From an uncultured Acidobacteriota bacterium (GTDB lineage: Bacteria > Acidobacteriota > Thermoanaerobaculia > Multivoradales > UBA5704): a stretch of DNA of 64,000 nucleotides. This document shows, piece by piece, positions 23,794 through 34,197 of the stretch (positions within the stretch are counted from its first letter, which is position 1; each line of letters opens with the position of its first letter). A model generated the notes under the pieces. It was not told the origin of the DNA and made no database searches. It saw only the letters and a program-made list of their open reading frames with translations. The DNA is taken from the NCBI GenBank assembly GCA_963795735.1, contig CAWCIU010000002.1, positions 166,217-230,216 on the forward strand, in the 5' to 3' direction. The translations under genes and the position numbers were made by a program.

Positions 23794-24264
23794 TTACCAA
23801 CGATAATGGGCGAAGGCCTTGTTGGCTTCGGCCATCCGGTGCGTGTCTTCCTTCTTCTTGATGGCGGAGCCGCGGTTCTCGGCGGCATCCGCGAGCTCGC
23901 CGGCGAGGCGGGCGCGCATCGTCTTCTCGCCGCGGCCTTGCGAGGCCGCGATAATCCAGCGCATCGACAGCGCCAGCTTGCGGGCCGGGCGCACCTCGAC
24001 GGGGACCTGGTAGGTCGAGCCGCCGACGCGGCGCGACTTGACCTCGACCGCCGGCTTGACGTTCTCGATCGCCTTCTTGAACACCTTCATCGGATCGTCG
24101 TTGGTGCGCGTCCGGATCGCCTCCAGGGCGTCGTAGAGGATGCGCTCGGCGACCGACTTCTTGCCCTGCTTCATCACCACGTTGACGAACTTGGTGACCA
24201 GCTGCGAGTTGTACAGCGGATCCGGCAGGATCTCGCGCTTCGGGACTTCTCTCCGCCTGGGCAT
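23794..24264 (-). CDS. rpsG: 30S ribosomal protein S7
   Basis: [28 protein letters not shown]... Confidence 0.95.
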   Translation of the reverse strand: MPRRREVPKREILPDPLYNSQLVTKFVNVVMKQGKKSVAERILYDALEAIRTRTNDDPMKVFKKAIENVKPAVEVKSRRVGGSTYQVPVEVRPARKLALSMRWIIAASQGRGEKTMRARLAGELADAAENRGSAIKKKEDTHRMAEANKAFAHYRW

Positions 24265-24267
24265 GTC

Positions 24268-24654
24268 TTACTTGCCTCCCTGAGCCTTCGGCCGCTTGGC
24301 GCCGTACTTGGAACGGCCCTGACGCCGGGCCTGCACGCCGACGGCGTCGAGCGTGCCGCGGATGACGTGGTAGCGCACCCCCGGGAGATCCTTCACGCGG
24401 CCCCCGCGGATCAGCACGATCGAGTGCTCCTGCAGGTTGTGGCCGACGCCGGGGATGTAGGTGGTCACCTCGATGCCGTTGGTGAGGCGAACGCGGGCGA
24501 CCTTGCGGAGCGCCGAGTTCGGCTTCTTGGGCGTCTGGGTGTACACGCGAACGCAGACCCCCCGCTTCTGGGGAGAGGCCTGCAGCGCGGGACTCTTGGT
24601 CTTGGTCTCCACGCGCTCGCGGCCCTTGCGCACCAATTGATGAATCGTAGGCAT
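24268..24654 (-). CDS. rpsL: 30S ribosomal protein S12
   Basis: Start trimmed to [13 protein letters not shown] (ATG 24652-24654), giving 128 aa. Confidence 0.95.
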   Translation of the reverse strand: MPTIHQLVRKGRERVETKTKSPALQASPQKRGVCVRVYTQTPKKPNSALRKVARVRLTNGIEVTTYIPGVGHNLQEHSIVLIRGGRVKDLPGVRYHVIRGTLDAVGVQARRQGRSKYGAKRPKAQGGK

Positions 24655-25232
24655 GCTTCCAGATCTCCTCGACCCGTTGTCCGATGTTCTTCCGCGGAGC
24701 GACAAAGCCCCGAGCCCACCCAAGGATGGGATCGTCGGCCCATACTCCGGCCCCGAACGGTGTTCAGGGTATTGGTCTTCGGTTTGAAGACTTAACCGCC
24801 CCCGTCCCTGGCGGGACCATCGGCGGCGAAACCCGCAGACTCTACATTGAGAGGCCGGCGCGCGTCAACAGACGCCGCGTCCTGACCTCGATCAGGTCGG
24901 CCAGCGGGACGCGCAGTATACCCGGAGCGCCCTGTCTCCGCAAGGCCGGCGGTTTGAGCCCCCTACCTCCACCTGCAGGCGGGAAACCCACCCTCCGGCC
25001 CGAAACAGCACGGGCACGGACCCCAAAACGACTGCGAGGGGGATTGTATTCCAAGTCGGGGGCGGGCGCCAGGGGGTGGGATGGGCCGTGGCCCCGGCTT
25101 CTATATATAGAGGATGGGCCGGCTGGAATGGACTCCTTCCCTTCTCATGCCTCTTGCCGACCGGGCCGCATCGCTTTGCGAGACGACCGCAGGTCGCCCT
25201 CTTGAGGGTTCGCCTTAGCGATTAAGCACTGC
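24655..25232 (-). promoter_or_regulatory. 578-bp non-coding leader and promoter region of the str operon; its distal edge abuts the low-GC island
   Basis: No credible ORF on either strand. High GC, with a TATATATA tract at 25104-25114. The exact promoter could not be assigned. Confidence 0.35.
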
Positions 25233-25802
25233 TCAAGCCGAGCGAAGTCCTCTGAACGGGAGCCTGCCTTGTAGGTTCATTAGGAGAGAATTTGTGGAGA
25301 AGGGCGGCCCGACAAATTCATGGGTCGACCACTCTTCCGAATCTTGAAGTGGTACGAACCCAAGAATATTGTTATCTTGAAATAGAGCAAAGATCTCCGA
25401 ATTGTAGCGAGGAATGAGCAGGAGGCGGATGGTACCGTTGCCTAGGATTCCTTCCAGACGGTTCAGCGTGGCGTCGAAGCGTTGTGCGATTTCAGAGCGC
25501 ACGAGCTTGATCAAGCGGCACTTTTGATGCTCGACTATCGAGCGGGCATAGAGAAGCGGTTGGCCGTTGACCTTAATTTGATGGTGCCAGAGCACCTTCT
25601 CGTCTCGGATGAAGCCCGATATGGGATCCTCCACCGAGAATTCTTCCGGAAGGTCGAGCGTAACCACGCGACAGCTCTCGTGCCAAGTGTAGGCCGCGTC
25701 CGGATTCAATTCTGGAGTGTCTTCGAGGAGGCTTCGCAAGGGAGCGGCTAGCCCCGCAACAAACTGTGCTTTTAAAGGGTCAGGGAAGACATCGAATTGC
25801 AT
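25233..25802 (-). CDS. Hypothetical protein (189 aa), last gene of the island operon
   Basis: Start moved to ATG 25800-25802 (MQFDVFPDPL...). A perfect AAGGAG Shine-Dalgarno lies 4 nt upstream, whereas the longer ORF start at 25847 has none. GC is about 50%, against about 67% for the flanks. Confidence 0.55.
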   Translation of the reverse strand: MQFDVFPDPLKAQFVAGLAAPLRSLLEDTPELNPDAAYTWHESCRVVTLDLPEEFSVEDPISGFIRDEKVLWHHQIKVNGQPLLYARSIVEHQKCRLIKLVRSEIAQRFDATLNRLEGILGNGTIRLLLIPRYNSEIFALFQDNNILGFVPLQDSEEWSTHEFVGPPFSTNSLLMNLQGRLPFRGLRSA

Positions 25803-25810
25803 GGGGCTCC

Positions 25811-26374
25811 TTAAGAATTGTGGATGTGAGTCCACGTACCGACCCATGGGCCGTAAGAGAGGTCTTTGACTAGACCCTGGTACGTTATTTCTGCTGGGCC
25901 GCTCTTGGGATTGGGATCGCGCACCTTGAGAACCATATCGACTTCTGTGGTTCCCTGGCAGCCGACGACGAGGACGACATGACCACCGCCCGTGAAATCC
26001 GGGCAGCTCTCCATGTTTCCGAGCCAGACCTCGATTGGGCCAGCGCCGAGCTCGGTACGAATCTGGTCGGGCGTCAAGGTTCCGCAGCGAGGCTCCACAT
26101 TGGGAAAGCCGAAATGTTCCCAGAGGCCCTTGATCCTGGCCGGAGGCACGGCCTCATTGCAGGAAGGCTCGTTCGTGCAACACTGGCGTGCCGGAAAGGC
26201 CACCTGAGCCACAGCGCACTGCGCCGGAGCCAAGTTTTTCAGGACCATGCAGAAACAGGTGACCCAGCACCAGAGATCCCTGATCTGCCGGATCCTCGGG
26301 ATATCCAGCCTCACGGGCTGATCGAGCACCGCTGCCGGGTGGACCAGCGTGCCTGCGGCAACGCGCAGGCTCAT
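25811..26374 (-). CDS. C39-like (papain-fold) cysteine peptidase
   Basis: Q-x5-C motif QIRDLWCWVTCFCMVL followed by GGGHVVLVVG...VRDP, the Gln/Cys...His...Asp arrangement of C39-like peptidases. GGAGGG Shine-Dalgarno. The ATG overlaps the upstream stop (ATGA). Confidence 0.5.
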   Translation of the reverse strand: MSLRVAAGTLVHPAAVLDQPVRLDIPRIRQIRDLWCWVTCFCMVLKNLAPAQCAVAQVAFPARQCCTNEPSCNEAVPPARIKGLWEHFGFPNVEPRCGTLTPDQIRTELGAGPIEVWLGNMESCPDFTGGGHVVLVVGCQGTTEVDMVLKVRDPNPKSGPAEITYQGLVKDLSYGPWVGTWTHIHNS

Positions 26375-27381
26375 GGTTTCCCTCCGCCGCCGGCCGCAGT
26401 AAAGGCCGCTAGGGCGCCTTTTAAGTTCGACGCGAAACCCTTGAAGCCGCCTCCGCCGCAGGTGGTCCGTAAGCAGCCGAGACCGCCTTCCTTGGCCATG
26501 AACGGCAAGGGGCAGGGCTCCTGCTCCATTCCGGAGAGCATGTAGAGCGCCTTAAAATCAATATCCACAGTGCCTACGGGGATCTTCCCTTCCGCGAACC
26601 GGAGAACTTCGTCCATCTCTCGGTTCTTGATCTCGATGGTGACCGTTTCCTCTCCCACAGCGTCGTCCTTGAAACGCAGGACACGAGGATCTTGACCGTC
26701 TTTGAATAAGTGAATCGCCAGGGGCACCGTGAGCGGATCGATCCGGAGCGCAATAGCGTGGGCCACGGCCTGCTTTGCCTTAAGCGGATCGTTTGGGGAG
26801 ACGTGGAACCCCCAGATGCTCGGCCGCTCAGTCGGTGTAGCAGCAAGATCTGGAATTAGGGAATAAGTCATCAGGTCCCCTTGGTCAATAATCACATGCG
26901 CTGCTATATCCCCTTGCGTCGGTAACGGACCCTTGAAGAAACTTTCGTTGTTGTTTCCGAACACTCCTGAGCCAGGCAGGAGGTCCTCCATCGCAGGAAG
27001 CCATTTTAAGGAGGTCTTTTGTTGCTCGGTGGCTAGGCTGGGATCTTCGAGCGTCGCCTGATCAATCTCGATAAAGACAGGATTGAAGGGTTTCGGCGCT
27101 CCGGTCTCAATCCGGATCTGGTGACCGGATAGTTGAATCAATCCGAACTCCCGCCCACCGTCCTTGCGGAAGCGGAGCGTAATGAGATCCTCATCCACCT
27201 CGAAGAGATCGGTCGGAAACTGCAGCACGGAATAATGAGGCGTGAGCGTCACGTCATTGACGGTAAGCCCCTCGGAAGCTTCCGGAAGAAGAGCCGACCA
27301 GGAGGGCGCGGGCGCCGGGTCGTCGGCGAGCCGGTTAGGGACATAGGCACAGACACCGGAGAAAACGATCTGGAAATTCAA
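26371..27381 (-). CDS. Hypothetical protein (336 aa) with a Gly-rich C-terminus (...TTCGGGGFKGFASNLKGALAAFTAAGGGGKP); candidate protease substrate or effector
   Basis: Likely start is TTG 27379-27381 (MNFQIVFSGVCAYVP...), with AAGGGAGG 7 nt upstream. The ORF-track start at 27402 would translate the Shine-Dalgarno itself. The TTG overlaps the CHAT gene stop (TTGA). No recognisable family. Confidence 0.5.
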   Translation of the reverse strand: MNFQIVFSGVCAYVPNRLADDPAPAPSWSALLPEASEGLTVNDVTLTPHYSVLQFPTDLFEVDEDLITLRFRKDGGREFGLIQLSGHQIRIETGAPKPFNPVFIEIDQATLEDPSLATEQQKTSLKWLPAMEDLLPGSGVFGNNNESFFKGPLPTQGDIAAHVIIDQGDLMTYSLIPDLAATPTERPSIWGFHVSPNDPLKAKQAVAHAIALRIDPLTVPLAIHLFKDGQDPRVLRFKDDAVGEETVTIEIKNREMDEVLRFAEGKIPVGTVDIDFKALYMLSGMEQEPCPLPFMAKEGGLGCLRTTCGGGGFKGFASNLKGALAAFTAAGGGGKP

Positions 27382-29013
27382 TGAGGTTCCTCCCTTAGGC
27401 AAAAGTTCGTGGTCAGTCCGCCGATCAGTTGAAAGGCGGGCCAGCCGCTTTTGTGGACCGAGCCGCGCCCCTCCTCGTGGAGCAGACGGAGCTGAGCGGC
27501 GCGGAGAGCCGCCACGGGAGGCAATCCCTCTCGCAACGACTTATAGAAAGTGTCGAAAAGCTTCTGGGCTTCACCGTCCTGGACGCGCCAGAGGCTGCCC
27601 AGAACGGCTGGGACTCCGGCCGTCAAGAAAGGCCGAGCTAGGGTCAGGGCTCCAGGCCAGGCAGCGTCCGGTGCTGCCGCCGTGCTACAGGCAGAGAGGG
27701 CAACCAGTCTCGTGCGCGGGAAAGAATGCGCCTGAAGATCACTGCCAGTGACCTCTCCCGAACCTCCTCCGGGAGGTTGTGCAAAGAGGAGGACGGAATC
27801 GAGAGGCCGGTCGGGCGAGGCCACGGCGTGCCCTGCGAAATGGATCCAGGTGGCTTCAGGCAGTTGCTGAAAGAATGTCCGAGAGACCGCCGCAGAGCCG
27901 GTCATCAGGACTGTCGAGCCCGGGAAGAGGTCGCTGATGCGCTCGCCCTCCCGGCGCGAACTTTCGAGGGCACCGAGTTGCAGCATAGAGGAGGGCGAAG
28001 TCGGGTCGGTGACAACCAGGATCCGGGGCTTGCCGTGCTCCCGTGCGAGTTGCTGTTCTCGTTTGGTAGCGTAGGCGAAGAAGGTAGCACTCGGGGCCAC
28101 CATGAGAGCGGTGTCCTCAATTAAGAAGCGGCAGGTCGCGGCACTCCGCAGGGATGAAAATGAGATCCGGAAGAGAGACTTATCGGGGACTACAACGACG
28201 GTCCTATGCCGGCCCGGCTCGAACCAAGGCGAGACTAGGATTTGGTATAGCCTTGCTGAGGCCTGTTCCCAGGGATGGCCCTGCCAGTTATCCCCTACGA
28301 AGTGTGCAACCAAGCGCTCAATCTCTCCGCGCTTGAGGGGCACTTCGTGAAAGTCCATAGAGGTGGCGGTCCTCGTCCAGATGAGCAAGCGATCCGTTAG
28401 GAGGGAGTACTCAACAAGGACGCCCTGTGGGGGCAACGCCGCTGAGAGATCCTCTGGTGTCACGGGTCGGATGGGCTGTGGATTGGAGTACCGCGGGATG
28501 GGCCAGTTCACAATCTTCGACCTCTCGACGAAGTAGACGGCCTTCTCCGGATTTTTCTCTTCAACTGCCTCCAGACGCACCATCTGATCGAAGGCACTTT
28601 CGACCAAACCCGCGAGAGAGAGCCGGTACGCATCCTCGGTCAGGCCTTTGCCGAGCCGCTCGTGGATTTGGAGGCTGAGGAGGAGATTGGCCTTCTCTCT
28701 CGTCGTCTGGCCAAGCTTCCGATAGGCTTGGGCGCGGGCCTCATAGGCCAGCAGTCGGTTAGGCCAATGGCCTGTCTTCTGGTAACGGGCCACCGCGCGG
28801 TCGAGAAATTGGACAGCCGCAGCGGGATCTTTCTCTAGAATGATGGCTCCCGATATTAAGCCGGCGTCCGCATAGGACTGCTCGGTCCGCGAGGGATCGG
28901 CGATCTTCGCCGTTTGTAGGGCTGCGGCCTGGAGATCCCGCGCGGCATCGGCGAGTTGGCCGAAGCGAGCATGGAGGAGAGCCCTCCACAAAAGCACGTC
29001 GGCGCGGACGCTA
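27378..29013 (-). pseudogene. CHAT-domain (caspase-like) protease, the C-terminal two-thirds of a TPR-CHAT gene split by IS630
   Basis: CHAT His/Cys dyad: ...ATWIHFAGHAVAS...RTRLVALSACSTAA... The first 5 codons of the ORF-track call (MTHYT) are IS terminal-repeat sequence. The reading frame continues into the TPR fragment once the IS is removed. Confidence 0.8.
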
Positions 29014-30181
29014 GTGTAGTGGGTCAAACAGATGTGTCCTTAACCAGAGCCTGCCGAGCGCGTGTGACCTTTTCAAGGATGTCGCTTGCGGTCTTCGTCC
29101 AGATAAAGGGTTTGGGATCTTCGTTGTGACGAGCCAGATACTCATGGATCGCCGTAACCAGATCTGCGACGCTGCGAAAGATGCCCCGACGCAACCGGTT
29201 TTCTGTCAGGTCACGGAAGAACCTTTCGACCATGTTGAGCCATGAGGCGCTGGTTGGGGTGAAATGAATCCTGAACCGCGGATGGCGAGCCAGCCAAGCT
29301 TGAACCTTCGGATGCTTGTGAGTCGCATAGTTGTCCGCGATCAGATGAATCTCCGGGCTCTTCGGGGTCTCTCGGTCAATGAGGCTCAGGAACTTAATCC
29401 ACTCCTGATGGCGATGCCGCGGCATGCAGGTCCCGATCACCTTCCCGTTCAGCGTATTGAGCGCAGTGAACAGTGTCGTCGTTCCGTGGCGCTTGTAGTC
29501 GTGGGTCATCGTGCCATGGCGGCCCGGCACAAGGGGAAGGCCTGGCTGGGTGCGGTCGAGCGCCTGAATTTGGCTTTTTTCATCGACAGAGAAAACCAGC
29601 GCATGCTCTGGAGGGTTCAGGTAAAGACCGACGACATCCTCCAACTTCTCCACGAACCTCGCATCCCGACTCAATTTGAAGGTTCGAGTCAGGTGAGGCT
29701 TCAGGCCATGACGTCTCCAGACACGACCGATCGTGCTCGGGCTCAGCCCCATCATCTTGGCCAGACTACGGGTGCTCCAGTGCGTTCCCGCCACTGGCGT
29801 CTCTTGCGTCGTCTTGCGCACGATCTCCCGAATTACATCCTCGCCAATCGAAGGCAGCCTCCCGGCCCGAGGGGCATCCTTCAAGATGCCGACGGTCCGC
29901 TTCTCGGCAAAACGACGGCGCCAAACACCAACTGTCCGTCGCGCTGCACCAGAAATCTCAGCAATCTCTCGGTTCTGCTTGCCTTCAGCAGCCAGCAGGA
30001 CGATTCTCGCCCTCTCTGCCACGCGCACGGATACCCTACGGCCACGTGCAAGCTTCTCAAGCTCAGCCCTCTCCTCAGGCGAAAGGACTATCGAGACAGC
30101 TACCTTCATGTTCCCTCCTGGAGGTATTCCCTACCAGGAAAGGATAACAGAAGTTGCCGAACATCGGACCCACTACACTAG
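29011..30181 (-). mobile_element. IS630-family insertion sequence, copy 1 (1171 bp including flanking TA)
   Basis: Terminal inverted repeats TAGTGTAGTGGGTC / GACCCACTACACTA, flanked by TA. 100% identical over its length to copy 2 at 49568-50738. Confidence 0.9.
29024..30109 (-). CDS. IS630-family DDE transposase (361 aa)
   Basis: N-terminal HTH followed by a DDE domain (…[12 protein letters not shown]…[12 protein letters not shown]…WLNMVERFF…). Confidence 0.9.
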   Translation of the reverse strand: MKVAVSIVLSPEERAELEKLARGRRVSVRVAERARIVLLAAEGKQNREIAEISGAARRTVGVWRRRFAEKRTVGILKDAPRAGRLPSIGEDVIREIVRKTTQETPVAGTHWSTRSLAKMMGLSPSTIGRVWRRHGLKPHLTRTFKLSRDARFVEKLEDVVGLYLNPPEHALVFSVDEKSQIQALDRTQPGLPLVPGRHGTMTHDYKRHGTTTLFTALNTLNGKVIGTCMPRHRHQEWIKFLSLIDRETPKSPEIHLIADNYATHKHPKVQAWLARHPRFRIHFTPTSASWLNMVERFFRDLTENRLRRGIFRSVADLVTAIHEYLARHNEDPKPFIWTKTASDILEKVTRARQALVKDTSV

Positions 30182-31832
30182 GGTTGTCCAGCGAGCTCGA
30201 GGCCTGAACCGCGGCATCCTGATAGAGGTAGGAGAGCTCAGCATCCCCCGAGCGCAGAGTGAAGTCTGCCAGAGTATTGTAAATTTGTGTCTCTCGATAG
30301 GCAAGCCCTAGCCTACGATTCTGGACGAGGGCCTGATAGAGGTACTTCCAGGCCCTTTGGCGATCTCCGAGTTCGTTGTAGCTCTCTCCCAGCAGCGAGT
30401 TGACGAAGGCGATATGCTCGGCATCAGAGAAGTGCTCGAAGATTGTCAGAGCCTCGTGGAGGCACCGACGTGCCTGCTCGGGGTTCCCGGACACGTTCTC
30501 AATCGAGCCCTGGCGATGAAGGATCTTTGCACGCAGATAGAGGTAAGAGTGACCGGTGATCTTCCGGCTCAGATCTCGCAACCGATCTCTGGCCTGCTCA
30601 TACTTCCCCTGGGCATAGAGGCTGGCAGCTTCGTAGTCGACCGCGAGGTCCTGGAACGCCTCGGCGTTCCCACGAAATCCTCCCAAAGCCGTGCCGAGCC
30701 CGACGAGCGCGCTTCCAGGGCGTGACCGCTCATGGTCCTCGATAGCCCCTCGGAATGCCACGATCCCCTTGATTAACCGTGCGGTTTGCTGGGTCGAGCC
30801 GGTTTGGACCGTAGACTCGATCTCGGAGATTCCGTCCGCGAGTAGGGTGTCCCCCCATTCTTCTTTATATAGATCGGCGACGATTCGAGCTGCGTGGAGG
30901 TGACGATTTGCGGCGACCCAGTCACCGGTTCTCCATGCCTCCCCCCAAGCGGGAAGCAGAGAGGTAGTAACCCAACGCAAGGCACTGGACGGTACGGCTT
31001 TGGCGAAGATAGCAGCCCGGGCATCGATCAGCTGCCCCTCCGAGAGGTCGCGATCTAGATTACGAGTATTCCAGGTCTCGACCAAGGTAGGGGTCTCCAG
31101 GCGCCGTAGGCGTTCTTGGGCTTCTCGTCTCCAGGGAGAGGCTGGTGCTTCCTTGTGTAGGTAGTACTCCCAAGCCTCGCGGGCGGCTCGGGGAAGTTGT
31201 AAAGACTCCAAGATCCAGGCGCGGTTGAACAGAACCTCCGGGCGGTCGGGAGCTAGTTTGAAGGCACGCTCGACAGCATGGAATGCGTCCTGGATGAGGC
31301 GGGGATTCTGGGTTAGAGACGCCTTCCAGCCGTCAAGGGCGGCCAAATCGCTCCAGAGAAGAGCATTTGCCGGATCGGCTTCGGTCGCAGAACCGAGTTG
31401 ATCGATAGCTGCATCGAGTCCTGCGCCTTTCGGGTCCTCCACTAAATACCAGAGGGCGAGTCTGCGATGCTTTCCAGCCGTACCTGAATGTTCGACACCG
31501 CGTCTCAGTTCTGTTCCCTCGGAGAGCAAGGCTTGCGACGGTCGTGCCTCGTCCTGCAAAGCTGGACAGTGCCAGCGCTCAAGGAGCCCTGAGGTTTCCT
31601 CACGACATGGGCTAGCGGACTGCCGTGTAGACAACCGGGGATAGATCTGCCGATAGCTATCGAAGAGCCGCTCGAATTTTGCCGGGGGGTGGCAATGAAG
31701 CAGGAGACCATAGATTAGAGGGACGAGGAAAAAGAGCCTCGCGCGCAGAACAGAGTTCTTGTCTGGCTGGCTTCTTGCGCCTTTCGTGGCCTTCGGAAGG
31801 CCCAGACCAAGGCGATCCTGCGCGTCCAACAT
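30182..31832 (-). pseudogene. N-terminal TPR-repeat part of the TPR-CHAT gene, truncated by IS630
   Basis: ATG 31830-31832. An N-terminal TM segment is followed by TPR-like repeats. The last ~35 codons of the ORF-track call lie inside the IS. Confidence 0.75.
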
Positions 31833-32296
31833 GTGCCGAATTGTGGACCCCCATTTTAAGATTACAGTTAGATTCTAACAGCGTCCTGTCAAGTAAGTCT
31901 ATCGGGAACGGTTAAATTCCGAGCTAGATCATCTCGAATTCCTCAAAGCTGTCCGTCTAAGATCAAGACGGGGTGTCCAAGTCTCTTTCCCGCCTTGGAG
32001 GCCTTCTTTCCTTGCCGATCGATCTCAAGCCCTGTTCTGGGCGGCGAGGGCTCCCTCCCGGCAGGGGAGAGGCTTGGACCCGTCGAATCCGGGATGGGCA
32101 TCTGCGTGCAACTGCGATCTACACGTCTCTCATCCAGTAGGAGGAACGCAGAGTGGTAGCGCCTCGCAGCCTTGAACGCTTCTCAGGAGACTCCAAGCTC
32201 TTCTCCCGGAGAGGCTTGCGCCCTACGGTGCCCACAACTCCTATAGAATTCCAGCCATCACCAGATCCCAAGGTGAGATCCCGTGTACGACGCCCC

Positions 32297-33097
32297 ATGG
32301 CCACCCTCCCCAAATCCCCCGGCGACCTGACTCCTGAGCAGCTCTTCCTTGGGCACCTGAAGCTCGTCGAGGAAATCGTGGCCTATGGGTGCCGGCGGTC
32401 CCGCTTCAGCTCTCAAGAGGCGGAGGACTTCCGGGGGGAGGTCATGGTGAAGCTCATCGAGGGGGATTACGCCGTATTGCGCCTGTTCGAGGAACGGAGC
32501 GAGATGCGGACCTATCTCGCGACCGTCATCAACCACCTGCTCCTCGACTACCAGAACCACATCTGGACCAAATGGCGCCGGTCGGCGGAAGCGGGACGGC
32601 TCGGTCCGATCGCGGAGCGGCTGGAGCGGCTGATCGTCCGGGACGGGTTCTCCTTCAGCGAGGCCTGTCACAAGCTCTGGGCAGAGGGGGTGGAGATGTC
32701 CGAGGCGGAGCTCGCGGAGATCAAGGGCAAGCTCCCCCCCAGGTTCATCCGCCGCTTCGTCGCGGAGGACACGATCCAGGCCATGGCTGACCGGGAGCTC
32801 CCGCCCGACAAGCAGTTGGAGCAGAAGGAGCGGAGCGCCCTGGCAGTGCGGGTCCTCAGGATCGTTCACCGGGAGATCCAGGCGCTCCCGGCGGAGGAGA
32901 AGATCCTCGTCCAGATGCGGCTGGAGCTCAAGGTGGCCGACATCGCCCGGATCCGGAAGCTGGACCAAAAAGCCCTCTACCGGCGATTGAAGAAGATTTA
33001 CGAGAAGCTGGAGAAGGCGCTCGCAAAGCAGGGAATCCGGCGCAAGGACATCAAGGAGCTTCTGGGCGACCTCCAGCCCGGCCTCCTCGATTTCTAG
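32297..33097 (+). CDS. ECF-type RNA polymerase sigma factor
   Basis: Start trimmed to MATLPKSPG (ATG 32297). Region 2 (...RTYLATVINHLLLDYQNHIW...) and region 4 HTH (ALPAEEKILVQMRLELKVADIARI...). Confidence 0.7.
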   Translation: MATLPKSPGDLTPEQLFLGHLKLVEEIVAYGCRRSRFSSQEAEDFRGEVMVKLIEGDYAVLRLFEERSEMRTYLATVINHLLLDYQNHIWTKWRRSAEAGRLGPIAERLERLIVRDGFSFSEACHKLWAEGVEMSEAELAEIKGKLPPRFIRRFVAEDTIQAMADRELPPDKQLEQKERSALAVRVLRIVHREIQALPAEEKILVQMRLELKVADIARIRKLDQKALYRRLKKIYEKLEKALAKQGIRRKDIKELLGDLQPGLLDF

Positions 33098-33174
33098 GGC
33101 TGCCAAGGACCAAAAGGAGTAATCTTCTCAAGAAGTCCGTCTAGATAGGGCGAGGAATATTAGGCGATTCAAAA

Positions 33175-34182
33175 ATGCAGGAATCTACACCTATAAAGAG
33201 GACGCGCTCCTCCGAGCACTGCCCGACCGACAAGCAGCTGGCCGCCTATATCGACGGCGCCCTCGGCAAGGCCGAGAGCCAGTACGTCACCGAGCATCTC
33301 GCCTCCTGCCGGGATTGCTACGACCTCTATATGGAGACGGCGCACTTCCTGGTGGACTCCAGCGCTGCGACGCCGGAGGACGCGAAGCATGAATGGGGCG
33401 AGGTCGCCAATCGGCAGGTGGCGAGGTTCCCTGTCCCCATCGAGAGGGCCCGCCCCCTCGCGCAGTGGCTCTCCATCGCCGCGCTCCTCCTCGTCGGAGC
33501 CGGCGGCGGGACCTATTTCCAGCTCCTGCAGGCTCCCCCGGCGCTCATGCCTCCCGCACTGATCGGCCCCATTCCCAATCCGGCGGCGCAGATCCCGAAC
33601 TTCTGGAAGGGGCCGACGTACCGGGGAGAGGGAGGCGGGGACGAGGCGAAGCTGAACGACGCCTCGTTCCGGATGGGGGTCCAGTCCGTCAATCTCCAGG
33701 TGAGTCTGAAGGCGGGCAACGGCCCGGAGGCCGAGGACGGGGTCGCCCGCATTCTCGGAATCCTCAAGGGCCAGCCCTTCACCGACGAGCTTCAGAAGGG
33801 CTACACCGGGATCACCCTCGCCGTGGAGAACCGGAAGGCTCCGGCCGACCTCCTCCCCGAGGCCTCCCGTCTGGCCGGGTTGTCGCGGGACGCGTTCGAC
33901 ACGACCTATCTCGACCTCGGCCAGTGGGTGGAAGCGGGGCGGCTGGCGGCGCTCTCCCATGATCCCTCCTTCTTCCAGCAGTCCGACGCCCGGAGCTTCC
34001 TCCGGCGCTCGATCTGGCGCTCGAAGGTGGGACTCGGCAAGACGAAGCTCGATCCTCCCACCCTTCAGCACCTGGAACGGATCGCCGGCATCGTCTCCAA
34101 GGGCGACCTCCAGGCCTCCGATTACGCCAGGCTGAAACAGCCGTTCGACGAAATTCTCAAGATTCACTACCCCGACACGTAA
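33175..34182 (+). CDS. Zinc-finger (zf-HC2) anti-sigma factor, single-pass membrane protein
   Basis: H-x3-C-x2-C motif EHLASCRDCYDLY, TM segment WLSIAALLLVGAGG, and a periplasmic domain. Immediately downstream of the ECF sigma gene. Confidence 0.7.
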   Translation: MQESTPIKRTRSSEHCPTDKQLAAYIDGALGKAESQYVTEHLASCRDCYDLYMETAHFLVDSSAATPEDAKHEWGEVANRQVARFPVPIERARPLAQWLSIAALLLVGAGGGTYFQLLQAPPALMPPALIGPIPNPAAQIPNFWKGPTYRGEGGGDEAKLNDASFRMGVQSVNLQVSLKAGNGPEAEDGVARILGILKGQPFTDELQKGYTGITLAVENRKAPADLLPEASRLAGLSRDAFDTTYLDLGQWVEAGRLAALSHDPSFFQQSDARSFLRRSIWRSKVGLGKTKLDPPTLQHLERIAGIVSKGDLQASDYARLKQPFDEILKIHYPDT

Positions 34183-34197
34183 GGACGACAGCTCGCC

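Noticed and set aside
24724-25232. tRNA or tmRNA gene at the island boundary
   Set aside because: I scanned for T-loop (GGTTCGAATCC-like) and acceptor-stem patterns on both strands and found nothing convincing.
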